Of a stretch of DNA of 34,430 nt, positions 19,744 through 26,404 are shown piece after piece. Location: positions 1 to 34,430 of the forward strand of contig DAOWJS010000028.1 of NCBI GenBank assembly GCA_030640255.1, given 5' to 3'. Numbering within the stretch: the stretch's first letter is position 1; the number at the start of each line of letters is the position of its first letter. Under the pieces are notes generated by a model, which saw only the letters and a program-made list of their open reading frames with translations, searched no databases and was not told the DNA's origin. The position numbers and the translations under genes were made by a program. This stretch comes from Dehalococcoidales bacterium. Its GTDB lineage: Bacteria; Chloroflexota; Dehalococcoidia; Dehalococcoidales; GCA-2688105.

Positions 19744-20244
19744 ATGTGCGAAACTAACATCGAACTATTTAAGGAGGTTCTAGTGAAGAGAACTTTTTTG
19801 ATAGGTATGGTATTAATTCTGATGCTCTTCCTGTTGCCTTCCTGCGCTGCTGGAGTATCTCAGGAAGAGTATGACAGGGTAACTAGCGACCTTGCTGTAG
19901 CTCAGACCCAAATTCAATCATTGGAAGGTGATTTGACCGAAGCAGAAGCACAAATTCAGTCCTTACAGACCGACAAAGAGGTCTCAGAGGAAAAGCGTGC
20001 GGAAGCATTGGCTTATGCCGAGTTCGTCGATGTGCTTCTGTGGCCAGCTTGGAAGAAAGCTGGGATTACTCCCCGCTTCGCATTTGAAGATGAGGTTGAC
20101 TGGCTGGTAGAGCTAAAGAACAGAGCCAGTGACCTAGGAGATACAAAATTAAGTAACTATATTAAGGGATTGGATGAAGCCGCCACATTAGTTGCTCTAT
20201 ATGATTATTGCCTTGGAAGGATAGTAGAGAAAACCCTAAAGTGA
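19744..20244 (+). CDS. hypothetical coiled-coil lipoprotein or secreted protein
   Basis: The likely true start is GTG 19783, which has AAGGAGG 6 nt upstream. The signal peptide ends LLPSC. There is a short coiled-coil repeat (AQTQIQSLEGDL / AEAQIQSLQTD). The gene is inserted between ribE and ribBA. Confidence 0.65.
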   Translation: MCETNIELFKEVLVKRTFLIGMVLILMLFLLPSCAAGVSQEEYDRVTSDLAVAQTQIQSLEGDLTEAEAQIQSLQTDKEVSEEKRAEALAYAEFVDVLLWPAWKKAGITPRFAFEDEVDWLVELKNRASDLGDTKLSNYIKGLDEAATLVALYDYCLGRIVEKTLK

Positions 20245-20293
20245 ACGGATTATCAATTGGGTTTCGCCCATCCCTAAATTCATTCTGTTTTCC

Positions 20294-21526
20294 ATGGAGG
20301 GAGGAATAAGCATGGGGCTGTCAACCATTCCTGAGGCTATTGAGGACTTAAAGGCAGGCAAGTTTGTTATTATAGTTGATGATGAGGATAGAGAGAACGA
20401 AGGTGACTTGGCACTAGCTGCCGAGAAGGTTACCCCTGAGGCTATTAACTTCATGACACTGAAGGCCAGGGGACTAGTGTGCTTGCCTATAATCGGCAAG
20501 CGATTAGACGAACTGGTGATTCCTTTAATGGTGCCGGATAATTCCACCAAGTTTTGCACCGCCTTTACCGTCTCTGTTGAAGCTAAACACGGGGTAAGCA
20601 CCGGTATTTCGGCAGCGGATAGAGCCCACACCATAAAAACGGTAATTGACCCGGCTACTAGAGCCGAGGATTTAGTTCGACCCGGGCATGTGTTTCCGCT
20701 ACGAGCCAGGGAGGGTGGTGTCTTGGTGCGGGCGGGACATACCGAGGCGGTAGTTGATTTAGCCAAGCTGGCTGGTCTCTATCCTGCCGGCGTTATCTGT
20801 GAGGTTATGAATGAGGATGGCTCTATGGCACGGCTACCTCAGCTTGGAGTAATGGCCGAGAAGTATGGGATTAAGATTATAAGTGTGACCGACCTCATTG
20901 CTTATCGCTGCCGCCATGAGAAGCTGGTGCACCAGGTGGCTAAGGCTAAGTTACCAACCAAATACGGTCGGTTTACGGCTCTTGCCTATAAAAGTGATAT
21001 AGACCCTGATGAACAATTAGCCTTAGTAATGGGTGATGTATCCGCTGAGGAGCCGGTGTTAGTCCGAGTCCACAGTGAATGTGTTACCGGTGATGTATTT
21101 GGTAGCCTTCGCTGTGATTGTGGTGAGCAGATTGCTCTAGCCATGCAAGCCATTGCTGATGAAGGGCGAGGTGTTTTCCTGTATATGAGACAGGAGGGAC
21201 GAGGTATTGGTTTTCATAATAAGATTCGTGCCTATGCTCTTCAAGACCAGGGATTGGACACCGTGGAGGCTAATCTGCGCTTAGGATTTGCTCCTGACCT
21301 GCGGGATTATGGTATAGGTGCTCAAATCCTGGCTGATCTGGGTTTACACGAGATTCGATTGCTCACCAACAATCCGAAAAAGGTGATAGGTTTGGAAGGT
21401 TACGGGCTGAAGGTGGTGGAGACGATACCCATAATCACCACTCCTACCCCGTATAACCGTGACTACTTGGAGGCAAAACAAGAAAAATTAGGTCATCTTT
21501 TAGAAATAAAAAAGGTTACTGAATAG
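20294..21526 (+). CDS. ribBA: bifunctional 3,4-dihydroxy-2-butanone-4-phosphate synthase / GTP cyclohydrolase II
   Basis: The DHBP synthase motif is VDDEDRENEGDL. The GCH-II motif is HSECVTGDVFGSLRCDCG. The likely true start is ATG 20312 (MGLSTIPEAI), downstream of GGAGGGAGG. Confidence 0.95.
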   Translation: MEGGISMGLSTIPEAIEDLKAGKFVIIVDDEDRENEGDLALAAEKVTPEAINFMTLKARGLVCLPIIGKRLDELVIPLMVPDNSTKFCTAFTVSVEAKHGVSTGISAADRAHTIKTVIDPATRAEDLVRPGHVFPLRAREGGVLVRAGHTEAVVDLAKLAGLYPAGVICEVMNEDGSMARLPQLGVMAEKYGIKIISVTDLIAYRCRHEKLVHQVAKAKLPTKYGRFTALAYKSDIDPDEQLALVMGDVSAEEPVLVRVHSECVTGDVFGSLRCDCGEQIALAMQAIADEGRGVFLYMRQEGRGIGFHNKIRAYALQDQGLDTVEANLRLGFAPDLRDYGIGAQILADLGLHEIRLLTNNPKKVIGLEGYGLKVVETIPIITTPTPYNRDYLEAKQEKLGHLLEIKKVTE

Positions 21527-21558
21527 TTAGGGTAAATATAAAAAGGTAGGAGGAAGTA

Positions 21559-22026
21559 ATGAACAAGCCATTTGAAGGTATGCTACTGGGAAAGGGGCTG
21601 AAGTTTGGGCTGGTTATTTCTCGTTTTAACGAGTTTATTACCAAAAAGTTACTTGAAGGGACACAGGATGCTTTGCTCCGTCACGGTGTTAACCAGAATG
21701 ATATAGAAATCGCCTGGGTACCAGGCTCATTTGAAATTCCACTGATAGCCAAGAAATTAGCTCAGACTAATCGGTTCGACGCCGTTATCTGCCTTGGAGC
21801 GGTAATTCGCGGCGCCACACCTCACTTTGAATACATTGCCGCTGAGGTCACTAAGGGTATTGCTAAGGTGGGTTTGGATACCGGACTGCCAGTTATTTAT
21901 GGCGTAATCACTGCTGATATCCTGGAACAAGCTATTGAGCGGGCAGGAACTAAGGAAGGAAATGAAGGCTTTAAGGCTGCGGTGAAGGCTATTGAAATGG
22001 CTAACCTAATTAAGGGTATAAGCTAA
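21559..22026 (+). CDS. ribH: 6,7-dimethyl-8-ribityllumazine synthase
   Basis: 155-aa ORF with an upstream RBS AGGAGG. Typical RibH segments are present ([23 protein letters not shown]). Confidence 0.95.
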   Translation: MNKPFEGMLLGKGLKFGLVISRFNEFITKKLLEGTQDALLRHGVNQNDIEIAWVPGSFEIPLIAKKLAQTNRFDAVICLGAVIRGATPHFEYIAAEVTKGIAKVGLDTGLPVIYGVITADILEQAIERAGTKEGNEGFKAAVKAIEMANLIKGIS

Positions 22027-22112
22027 TTATTAGATATGAGAATAATTCCCAGCCGAGAGTAGTCATAAGCAGCTTGGCGGCTTAAATTTTAGGGAATTTC
22101 TGGATATTTTCT

Positions 22113-22367
22113 TCAGTCAATAACCTTATAGACGGTATCTCCTCTTCTTACCCGGTCGCTGACTTTGATACCAACATTATCCCCGGTTTTAGCCTCTTTA
22201 ACGTCTACATTATTAATCTGCATTGAGTCAACAGTGAGTTCCATATCGGTGGTGTGACCTTTAATATGGATTTTATCCCCCAGTTTTATCGTCCCTGTTA
22301 GCTCAATACCGGCTACCACCGGTCGGGCAAAGAAGTCGTTGACCTTTCCGATTACCTCCTCAGGCAT
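22113..22367 (-). CDS. stand-alone EF-Tu domain-2-like beta-barrel protein (translation elongation factor-like protein)
   Basis: 84-aa ORF with the RBS AAAGGAGG. The pattern GDKIHIKGHTTDMELTVDSMQINNVDVKEAKTGDNVGIKV...GDTVY resembles domain 2 of translational GTPases. Confidence 0.7.
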   Translation of the reverse strand: MPEEVIGKVNDFFARPVVAGIELTGTIKLGDKIHIKGHTTDMELTVDSMQINNVDVKEAKTGDNVGIKVSDRVRRGDTVYKVID

Positions 22368-22466
22368 TTGGGTACCTCCTTTACCTTTAATTGGGGTAAG
22401 GTTTTTCGGTTGTCCTTACGTTAGTATACGTCAACTAGTCTAAGTAAATCAATATTTAGAGGTCGT

Positions 22467-22894
22467 TTAGCAACCTATCCCCCTGACCCCCTTCCCTTAA
22501 TAAAAGATTGTTAAACAACCCCTCACCCTTTATCCCTCTCCCCTTATGAAGGGGAGAGGGAAGAGAAATTCTCAAAGGGGCTTCGCCCCTTTTAATCCCC
22601 TTTGCTAAAAACTCTTAATAAGAGGGGGAGTGTAGGTAAGAGAGGGGCTTCGCCCCTCTCTAAAATCTCTTCTTTGAAATATATAGGAAGTCTAAGCGGG
22701 GCTAACGCCCCTCTGTTTTACTCCTTCCCCCTCTCCTTTAAAGGAGGGTCAAAGGGAGGCGAAGCCTCCCTTATATAAGCTCCCCTTCCCCTTATCAAGG
22801 GGAAGGGGATAAAGTCCTTGCCTGCTTTGGCAAGGATAAAGGGGATAGGGTTACCTAATAGAAATCTAAGGGGGTGAGGTTAATAAACAATCTC
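22467..22894. repeat. intergenic hairpin-repeat cluster E (mosaic of all module types, with cap-like modules facing outward at both ends)
   Basis: Left end: rc-type modules at 22467-22491 and 22505-22535. P3 at 22534-22560. P2 copies at 22574-22592, 22639-22661, 22698-22711 and 22752-22772. Degenerate P1 at 22727-22748. P3 at 22782-22808. Inserted hairpin at 22815-22836. GATAAAGGGGATAGGGTTACC at 22835-22855. Cap at 22866-22894. Confidence 0.85.
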
Positions 22895-22906
22895 AATATT
22901 TGACCT

Positions 22907-22935
22907 TTGACATACCATTACCTGTCACCTATAAT
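22907..22935 (+). promoter_or_regulatory. consensus sigma70-type promoter abutting the cluster E cap
   Basis: Perfect TTGACA (22907-22912), a 17-nt spacer, then TATAAT (22930-22935). A second TATAAT lies at 22945-22950. The RBS GGAGGGTGA lies at 22957-22965, before TTG 22969. Confidence 0.6.
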
Positions 22936-22968
22936 TAATCCAATTATAATCGCCTGGAGGGTGAAGTC

Positions 22969-23199
22969 TTGGCTCAGGAAAACGAACCTAATGTGGTCGG
23001 TCAGGAACCAACGCTGGATATTGAACAGATTAAAAGGCATTTGGACATGTTAGACCAGCGTTTAGATAACATCGACTCGGTGGTTACCGCTGTTGTTGAA
23101 CGAGTAATGAAACAACCTATTGCTCTTAATGTAACCTGTCCCTACTGTGGTAAGAACATAGAGATTGCTATTATAGGTAGTCATAAGCCAACAAGATAG
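22969..23199 (+). CDS. small hypothetical protein with a C-terminal CxxC
   Basis: 76-aa ORF with a TTG start, a good RBS and a promoter upstream. It has a helical N-terminal part and the motif CPYCGKNIEI near the C-terminus. I recognise no family. Confidence 0.5.
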   Translation: MAQENEPNVVGQEPTLDIEQIKRHLDMLDQRLDNIDSVVTAVVERVMKQPIALNVTCPYCGKNIEIAIIGSHKPTR

Positions 23200-23336
23200 T
23201 GGGTATATGAAACTTAGGGGTTAGGTAAGTATCTGTTTAGTTCCTCACCTAGTTAGATAGGGGGGTGACTGGAATGTAAATTTTCACTTCGTCTAAGAAT
23301 TTAAATAAGAGTTTGGAAGGATAGAGGGGAATAAAT

Positions 23337-23996
23337 TTGGAGATAGTTACAACAATCAATCGAGCCAAATATGATGCCTTTAAATGGCGATACGAACTTA
23401 GCATACCGAGGAAATTAGTTTTGGCATTGGGTGTGGCTTGTCTCGTCGGGCTTATGGCTCAAGTTAGATTTTATCTTCCGTGGAGCCCGGTGCCAATAAC
23501 TGGTCAAACCTTTGCTGCGCTCCTTGCTGGCGTGCTTCTCGGCCGGTGGTGGGGAGGCACAAGTCTGGCTATCTATGCCGGGCTCGGTGCTGCGGGACTT
23601 CCCTGGTTTGCTAGCTTGAACAGCGGCCTGGGTTACCTTGCCGGTCCCACCGGGGGATATATTATCGGCTTCATCTTAGCCGCTTTGTTTTTGGGTTATT
23701 TTACTGATAAGTATATTAGGTCAAGAAGCTTTTTTAGCATGCTTGGGCTTATGCTCTTTGCCAATTTTATCCTGATTCATATACCTGGTCTGATACAACT
23801 GCACTTCTGGCTAAGCCTGGTTAAAGGGGAAGCTGTCGCCCTCTCCCAGCTCCTAATGATGGGGACCATTCCTTTCATAGCTGGTGATGTAACCAAGGCT
23901 ATTGCCGCAGCAGCAATAACCCGGGGAGTAGCTCCTAAACAAGCCTACAATGGAGAAGTGGACAAAGATAAATGGGTGAATTGGCGCATCCCTTAA
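23337..23996 (+). CDS. bioY: biotin transporter BioY (ECF S component)
   Basis: 219-aa polytopic membrane protein with BioY signatures: PVPITGQTFAALLAGVLLG, GPTGGYIIGF and PFIAGDVTKA. Confidence 0.85.
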   Translation: MEIVTTINRAKYDAFKWRYELSIPRKLVLALGVACLVGLMAQVRFYLPWSPVPITGQTFAALLAGVLLGRWWGGTSLAIYAGLGAAGLPWFASLNSGLGYLAGPTGGYIIGFILAALFLGYFTDKYIRSRSFFSMLGLMLFANFILIHIPGLIQLHFWLSLVKGEAVALSQLLMMGTIPFIAGDVTKAIAAAAITRGVAPKQAYNGEVDKDKWVNWRIP

Positions 23997-24111
23997 TGAT
24001 TCGCGTCCATCATCTTCTATTGATAATAGACGGAAAACTGGAAAAGGGGCTGCTAAACTTATAGCTTGAACCATATTAAGTGGGTTGACGAGCAATATCA
24101 GGTTTAGCGGC

Positions 24112-24140
24112 TTGACTACAAGAAAGACACCTAGTAGAAT
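24112..24140 (+). promoter_or_regulatory. candidate promoter of tRNA-Val
   Basis: TTGACT (24112-24117), a 17-nt spacer, then TAGAAT (24135-24140). It ends 12 nt upstream of the tRNA 5' end. Confidence 0.5.
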
Positions 24141-24152
24141 TATGGTATTGGT

Positions 24153-24229
24153 GGGCGGTTAGCTCAGTTGGTTAGAGCGCTGCGTTGACATCGCAGAGGT
24201 CACTGGTTCAAATCCAGTATCGCCCACCA
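24153..24229 (+). tRNA. tRNA-Val(GAC): tRNA-Val (anticodon GAC), CCA encoded
   Basis: Cloverleaf read by eye. The acceptor stem is GGGCGGT/ATCGCCC. The D-arm is AGCTCAGTTGGTTAGAGC. The anticodon stem CTGCG/CGCAG encloses the loop TTGACAT. The T-arm is GGTTCAAATCC. The discriminator is A and CCA follows. Confidence 0.95.
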
Positions 24230-24522
24230 CTTGCAAAAGTGTAGCAGAAGTTAGCTTGGGAGATAATGTTAAGATTTAGACTGCCATTCATTTGTGATAC
24301 ATGCGGTGGGAGGCTAAGTCCTAACGACAGTGAGGAGTTTTAGTCTCCTAATGTCTTGATTGAAGCTGAACTCTCACGCAGGCGCGCTCTCCTAAAAGCT
24401 AGTATTGCCGAGGCGATTGGGCGCTTTTTCACTGACTTTAGAGAGGATGAATACTGGGTGTCTGAGAAAGAACTCCACCAAGTAATGGTAGAGGATTTAT
24501 CGGGTTCAGGCATACCGATGGA

Positions 24523-24741
24523 GTGGGTATAATGAAGTTTGCTATTACTCTTGAGCAAGACGAGGACGGATATATCGTAGCCAGTTGTCCTGCGCTTCCT
24601 GGATGTCACTCCCAAGGGAGAACCAGAGAGGAAGCCATTGTCAACATCACAGAAGCTATCCGTGGTTATATAGCTAGTATGCGTAAGCATGGGGAACCGA
24701 TCCCTGTAACCGATGTAGAACAAGTGGAGGTAGCTGTCTAG
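24523..24741 (+). CDS. hicB: HicB-family antitoxin (UPF0150 / RNase H-like fold)
   Basis: MKFAITLEQDEDGYIVASCPALPGCHSQGRTREEAIVNITEAIRGYI is a typical HicB N-terminal domain. The likely true start is ATG 24532. The stop overlaps the GTG of hicA. Confidence 0.85.
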   Translation: MGIMKFAITLEQDEDGYIVASCPALPGCHSQGRTREEAIVNITEAIRGYIASMRKHGEPIPVTDVEQVEVAV

Positions 24742-24965
24742 TGACTCGCCTCCCGCTAATATCGGGAGACGACTTCGTTAAAGCGGTGCACAAGATTGGC
24801 TATGTTTGGGACCATACCGAAGGTAGCCATATGATCTTGCTACACCCTTTGGGGTGAAGATTGTCAGTGCCTAGACATAAAGAGCTGGGGCGAGGCTTAT
24901 TGAGGTCTCTAATTAGGGATGCCGGGCTGAGCAGGGAGGAATTCGTCAGATTACTGCATGAGTAA
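24741..24965 (+). pseudogene. hicA: hicA toxin gene interrupted by an in-frame TGA (codon 39)
   Basis: Manual translation gives VTRLPLISGDDFVKAVHKIGYVWDHTEGSHMILLHPLG*RLSVPRHKELGRGLLRSLIRDAGLSREEFVRLLHE. The stop TGA is at 24855-24857, in the same frame on both sides. The sequence is HicA-like across its full length. Confidence 0.75.
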
Positions 24966-24997
24966 TTTGAATCCGAGGCTAAAAGTTCTGTCTATCG

Positions 24998-25011
24998 TCC
25001 AGTATCGCCCA
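24998..25011 (+). repeat. 14-bp direct repeat of the tRNA-Val 3' end (putative distal att site)
   Basis: It matches 24213-24226 exactly. Just upstream, TTTGAATCC at 24967-24975 weakly echoes the T-loop sequence TTCAAATCC. Confidence 0.6.
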
Positions 25012-25157
25012 TTATTTCGTTTGCGGGGAAAGTGGCACGGCGTTCCTCTGCGCTTATCCTTTCTCTGACTTGCCCTTTTCGTTTCCCAGCGGTTGCGATT
25101 CTTATTTTGCCTATGGTATTCTCTTATTCCAACGGGCTTATAACTAGACGCTGAGGT

Positions 25158-25997
25158 GTGCCATTGAGAATTAAGATAGGGAACGGGCTTTTGCCACTGA
25201 ACCTGCTGGTTATTCTGCTGATAGTATTGATTATCGTTTCGCCGTCCAGTATTTTGCGTATTGTTCTCGGACTTCCGTTGGTGCTTTTCTTCTCCGGTTA
25301 TACGCTCGGGCTAGTGCTTTTCCCTAAGCAGGAGGGGATAGATAGCATTGAGAGGGTAGCCCTCAGTTTCGGGGTGAGCCTTGCTGTGGTGCCGCTTATC
25401 GGGCTGATTCTCAATTATACCCCGTGGGGGATAACGCTGGAGTCTATGCTGTATTCCATTGCCTCTTTCATATTTGTTGTGTCCATCGTTGCTTGGGTGA
25501 GAAGAAAGAGATTGTCGGAGGGGGAAAGGTTTGACATCGAACTTAGATTTAGCCTGCCGGGTTGGGGTGGGAGCACGTGGGACAAGGTATTATCGGTAGT
25601 AATGGTTGTCGTCATACTGGGGGCGCTGGGAACTCTAGGTTATGCCATAGCTGCCCCCAGGGTGGAGAGGTTCACCGAGTTTTATATTCTGGGAATAGAA
25701 GGGAAGGTTGGAGACTACCCTGAAGAGCTGGTGGTTGGGGAAGAAGGGAAGGCGAACGTGGGCATTGTCAACCGTGAGCATGTGACAATGAGCTATCGGG
25801 TAGAGGTAATGGTAAATGGAGTGAAAAACACCGATATGGGTCCGGTGGTACTTAGCCATGAAGAGGAGTGGGAAGGGGAGGTGAGCTTCGTGCTTGGGAC
25901 GGTGGGTGAGAAGCAAAAGGTGGAGTTTTTATTGTATAAACAGGGACAGACCGAGGTTTGCCAATCACTTCTCCTGTGGGTTGATGTAACAGAGTAA
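25158..25997 (+). CDS. DUF1616-like membrane protein
   Basis: 279-aa ORF with four or five TM helices. The C-terminal soluble part (FTEFYILGIEGKVGDYPEEL...VGIVNREHVTMSYRVEV) resembles, from memory, the mostly archaeal DUF1616 family. The start may be TTG 25164, which has better spacing from the GAGGTG SD. Confidence 0.7.
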   Translation: MPLRIKIGNGLLPLNLLVILLIVLIIVSPSSILRIVLGLPLVLFFSGYTLGLVLFPKQEGIDSIERVALSFGVSLAVVPLIGLILNYTPWGITLESMLYSIASFIFVVSIVAWVRRKRLSEGERFDIELRFSLPGWGGSTWDKVLSVVMVVVILGALGTLGYAIAAPRVERFTEFYILGIEGKVGDYPEELVVGEEGKANVGIVNREHVTMSYRVEVMVNGVKNTDMGPVVLSHEEEWEGEVSFVLGTVGEKQKVEFLLYKQGQTEVCQSLLLWVDVTE

Positions 25998-26094
25998 ATT
26001 TGGGCATATTATACCTAGGTTGATGAAATGGGGTATTGTCAAGCACCGCTATTCTATGACATAATGGTAACCAAGATAACCTGGTGGTGATGAG

Positions 26095-26334
26095 ATGGGA
26101 TTTTGGCCGACGAGAAGCAAAGACAAGCTTTATAAACAGTGGTCAGAGTATAGCGGTCTCCCTCTTGAGGCTATCCCTAAAAAGGAGGCGGCTCCTAAAA
26201 GGGAGGTAGCTAAAGAGACACCGGTGAGGGAAGGGGGAGGTGGACAACGCCTTTTTATCCTGTATATATTGCTTGGGGTAGCTATTCTAATGTTGTGTGC
26301 CGGGGTAATTATTCTCCTTATGCAAGTCAGCTGA
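26095..26334 (+). CDS. small tail-anchored membrane protein, hypothetical
   Basis: 79-aa ORF. The RBS GGTGGTGA lies 4 nt upstream. A possible promoter is TTGTCA (26036), 18-nt spacer, CATAAT (26060). There is a single C-terminal TM helix. Confidence 0.5.
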   Translation: MGFWPTRSKDKLYKQWSEYSGLPLEAIPKKEAAPKREVAKETPVREGGGGQRLFILYILLGVAILMLCAGVIILLMQVS

Positions 26335-26404
26335 ATATCATGTCCAGGGCTGACAAATTAGCTCCATCTTATTCCCAGACATTTACCAACTGACTGAGCC
26401 TACG

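Larger units (their letters stand above)
24227..25011. mobile_element. remnant tRNA-Val-associated islet (no integrase) carrying hicB and disrupted hicA
   Basis: The last 14 nt of the tRNA before CCA (TCCAGTATCGCCCA, 24213-24226) recur exactly at 24998-25011. The two copies bracket ~0.77 kb that holds the TA module. This is an att-like direct-repeat arrangement. Confidence 0.5.

Noticed and set aside
20236-20766. 176-aa minus-strand ORF.
   Set aside because: It is antisense to ribBA, which has clear DHBP synthase motifs. It has no RBS and a low-complexity composition.
24340-24723. 127-aa minus-strand ORF inside the tRNA islet.
   Set aside because: It is antisense to hicB and to the small upstream ORF. 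It resembles no family I can see, whereas the plus strand encodes a textbook HicB.
24855-24857. TGA in hicA read as a sense codon (alternative genetic code or selenocysteine).
   Set aside because: Many well-supported genes in this window terminate at TGA (carB, carA, pyrB, pyrR and ribD), and no SECIS-like hairpin follows. A nonsense mutation or a sequencing error is the simpler reading.
24227-25011. Integrase or excisionase expected in a tRNA-flanked island.
   Set aside because: No ORF in any frame of the islet is long enough or resembles a tyrosine or serine recombinase, so I call it only a remnant.
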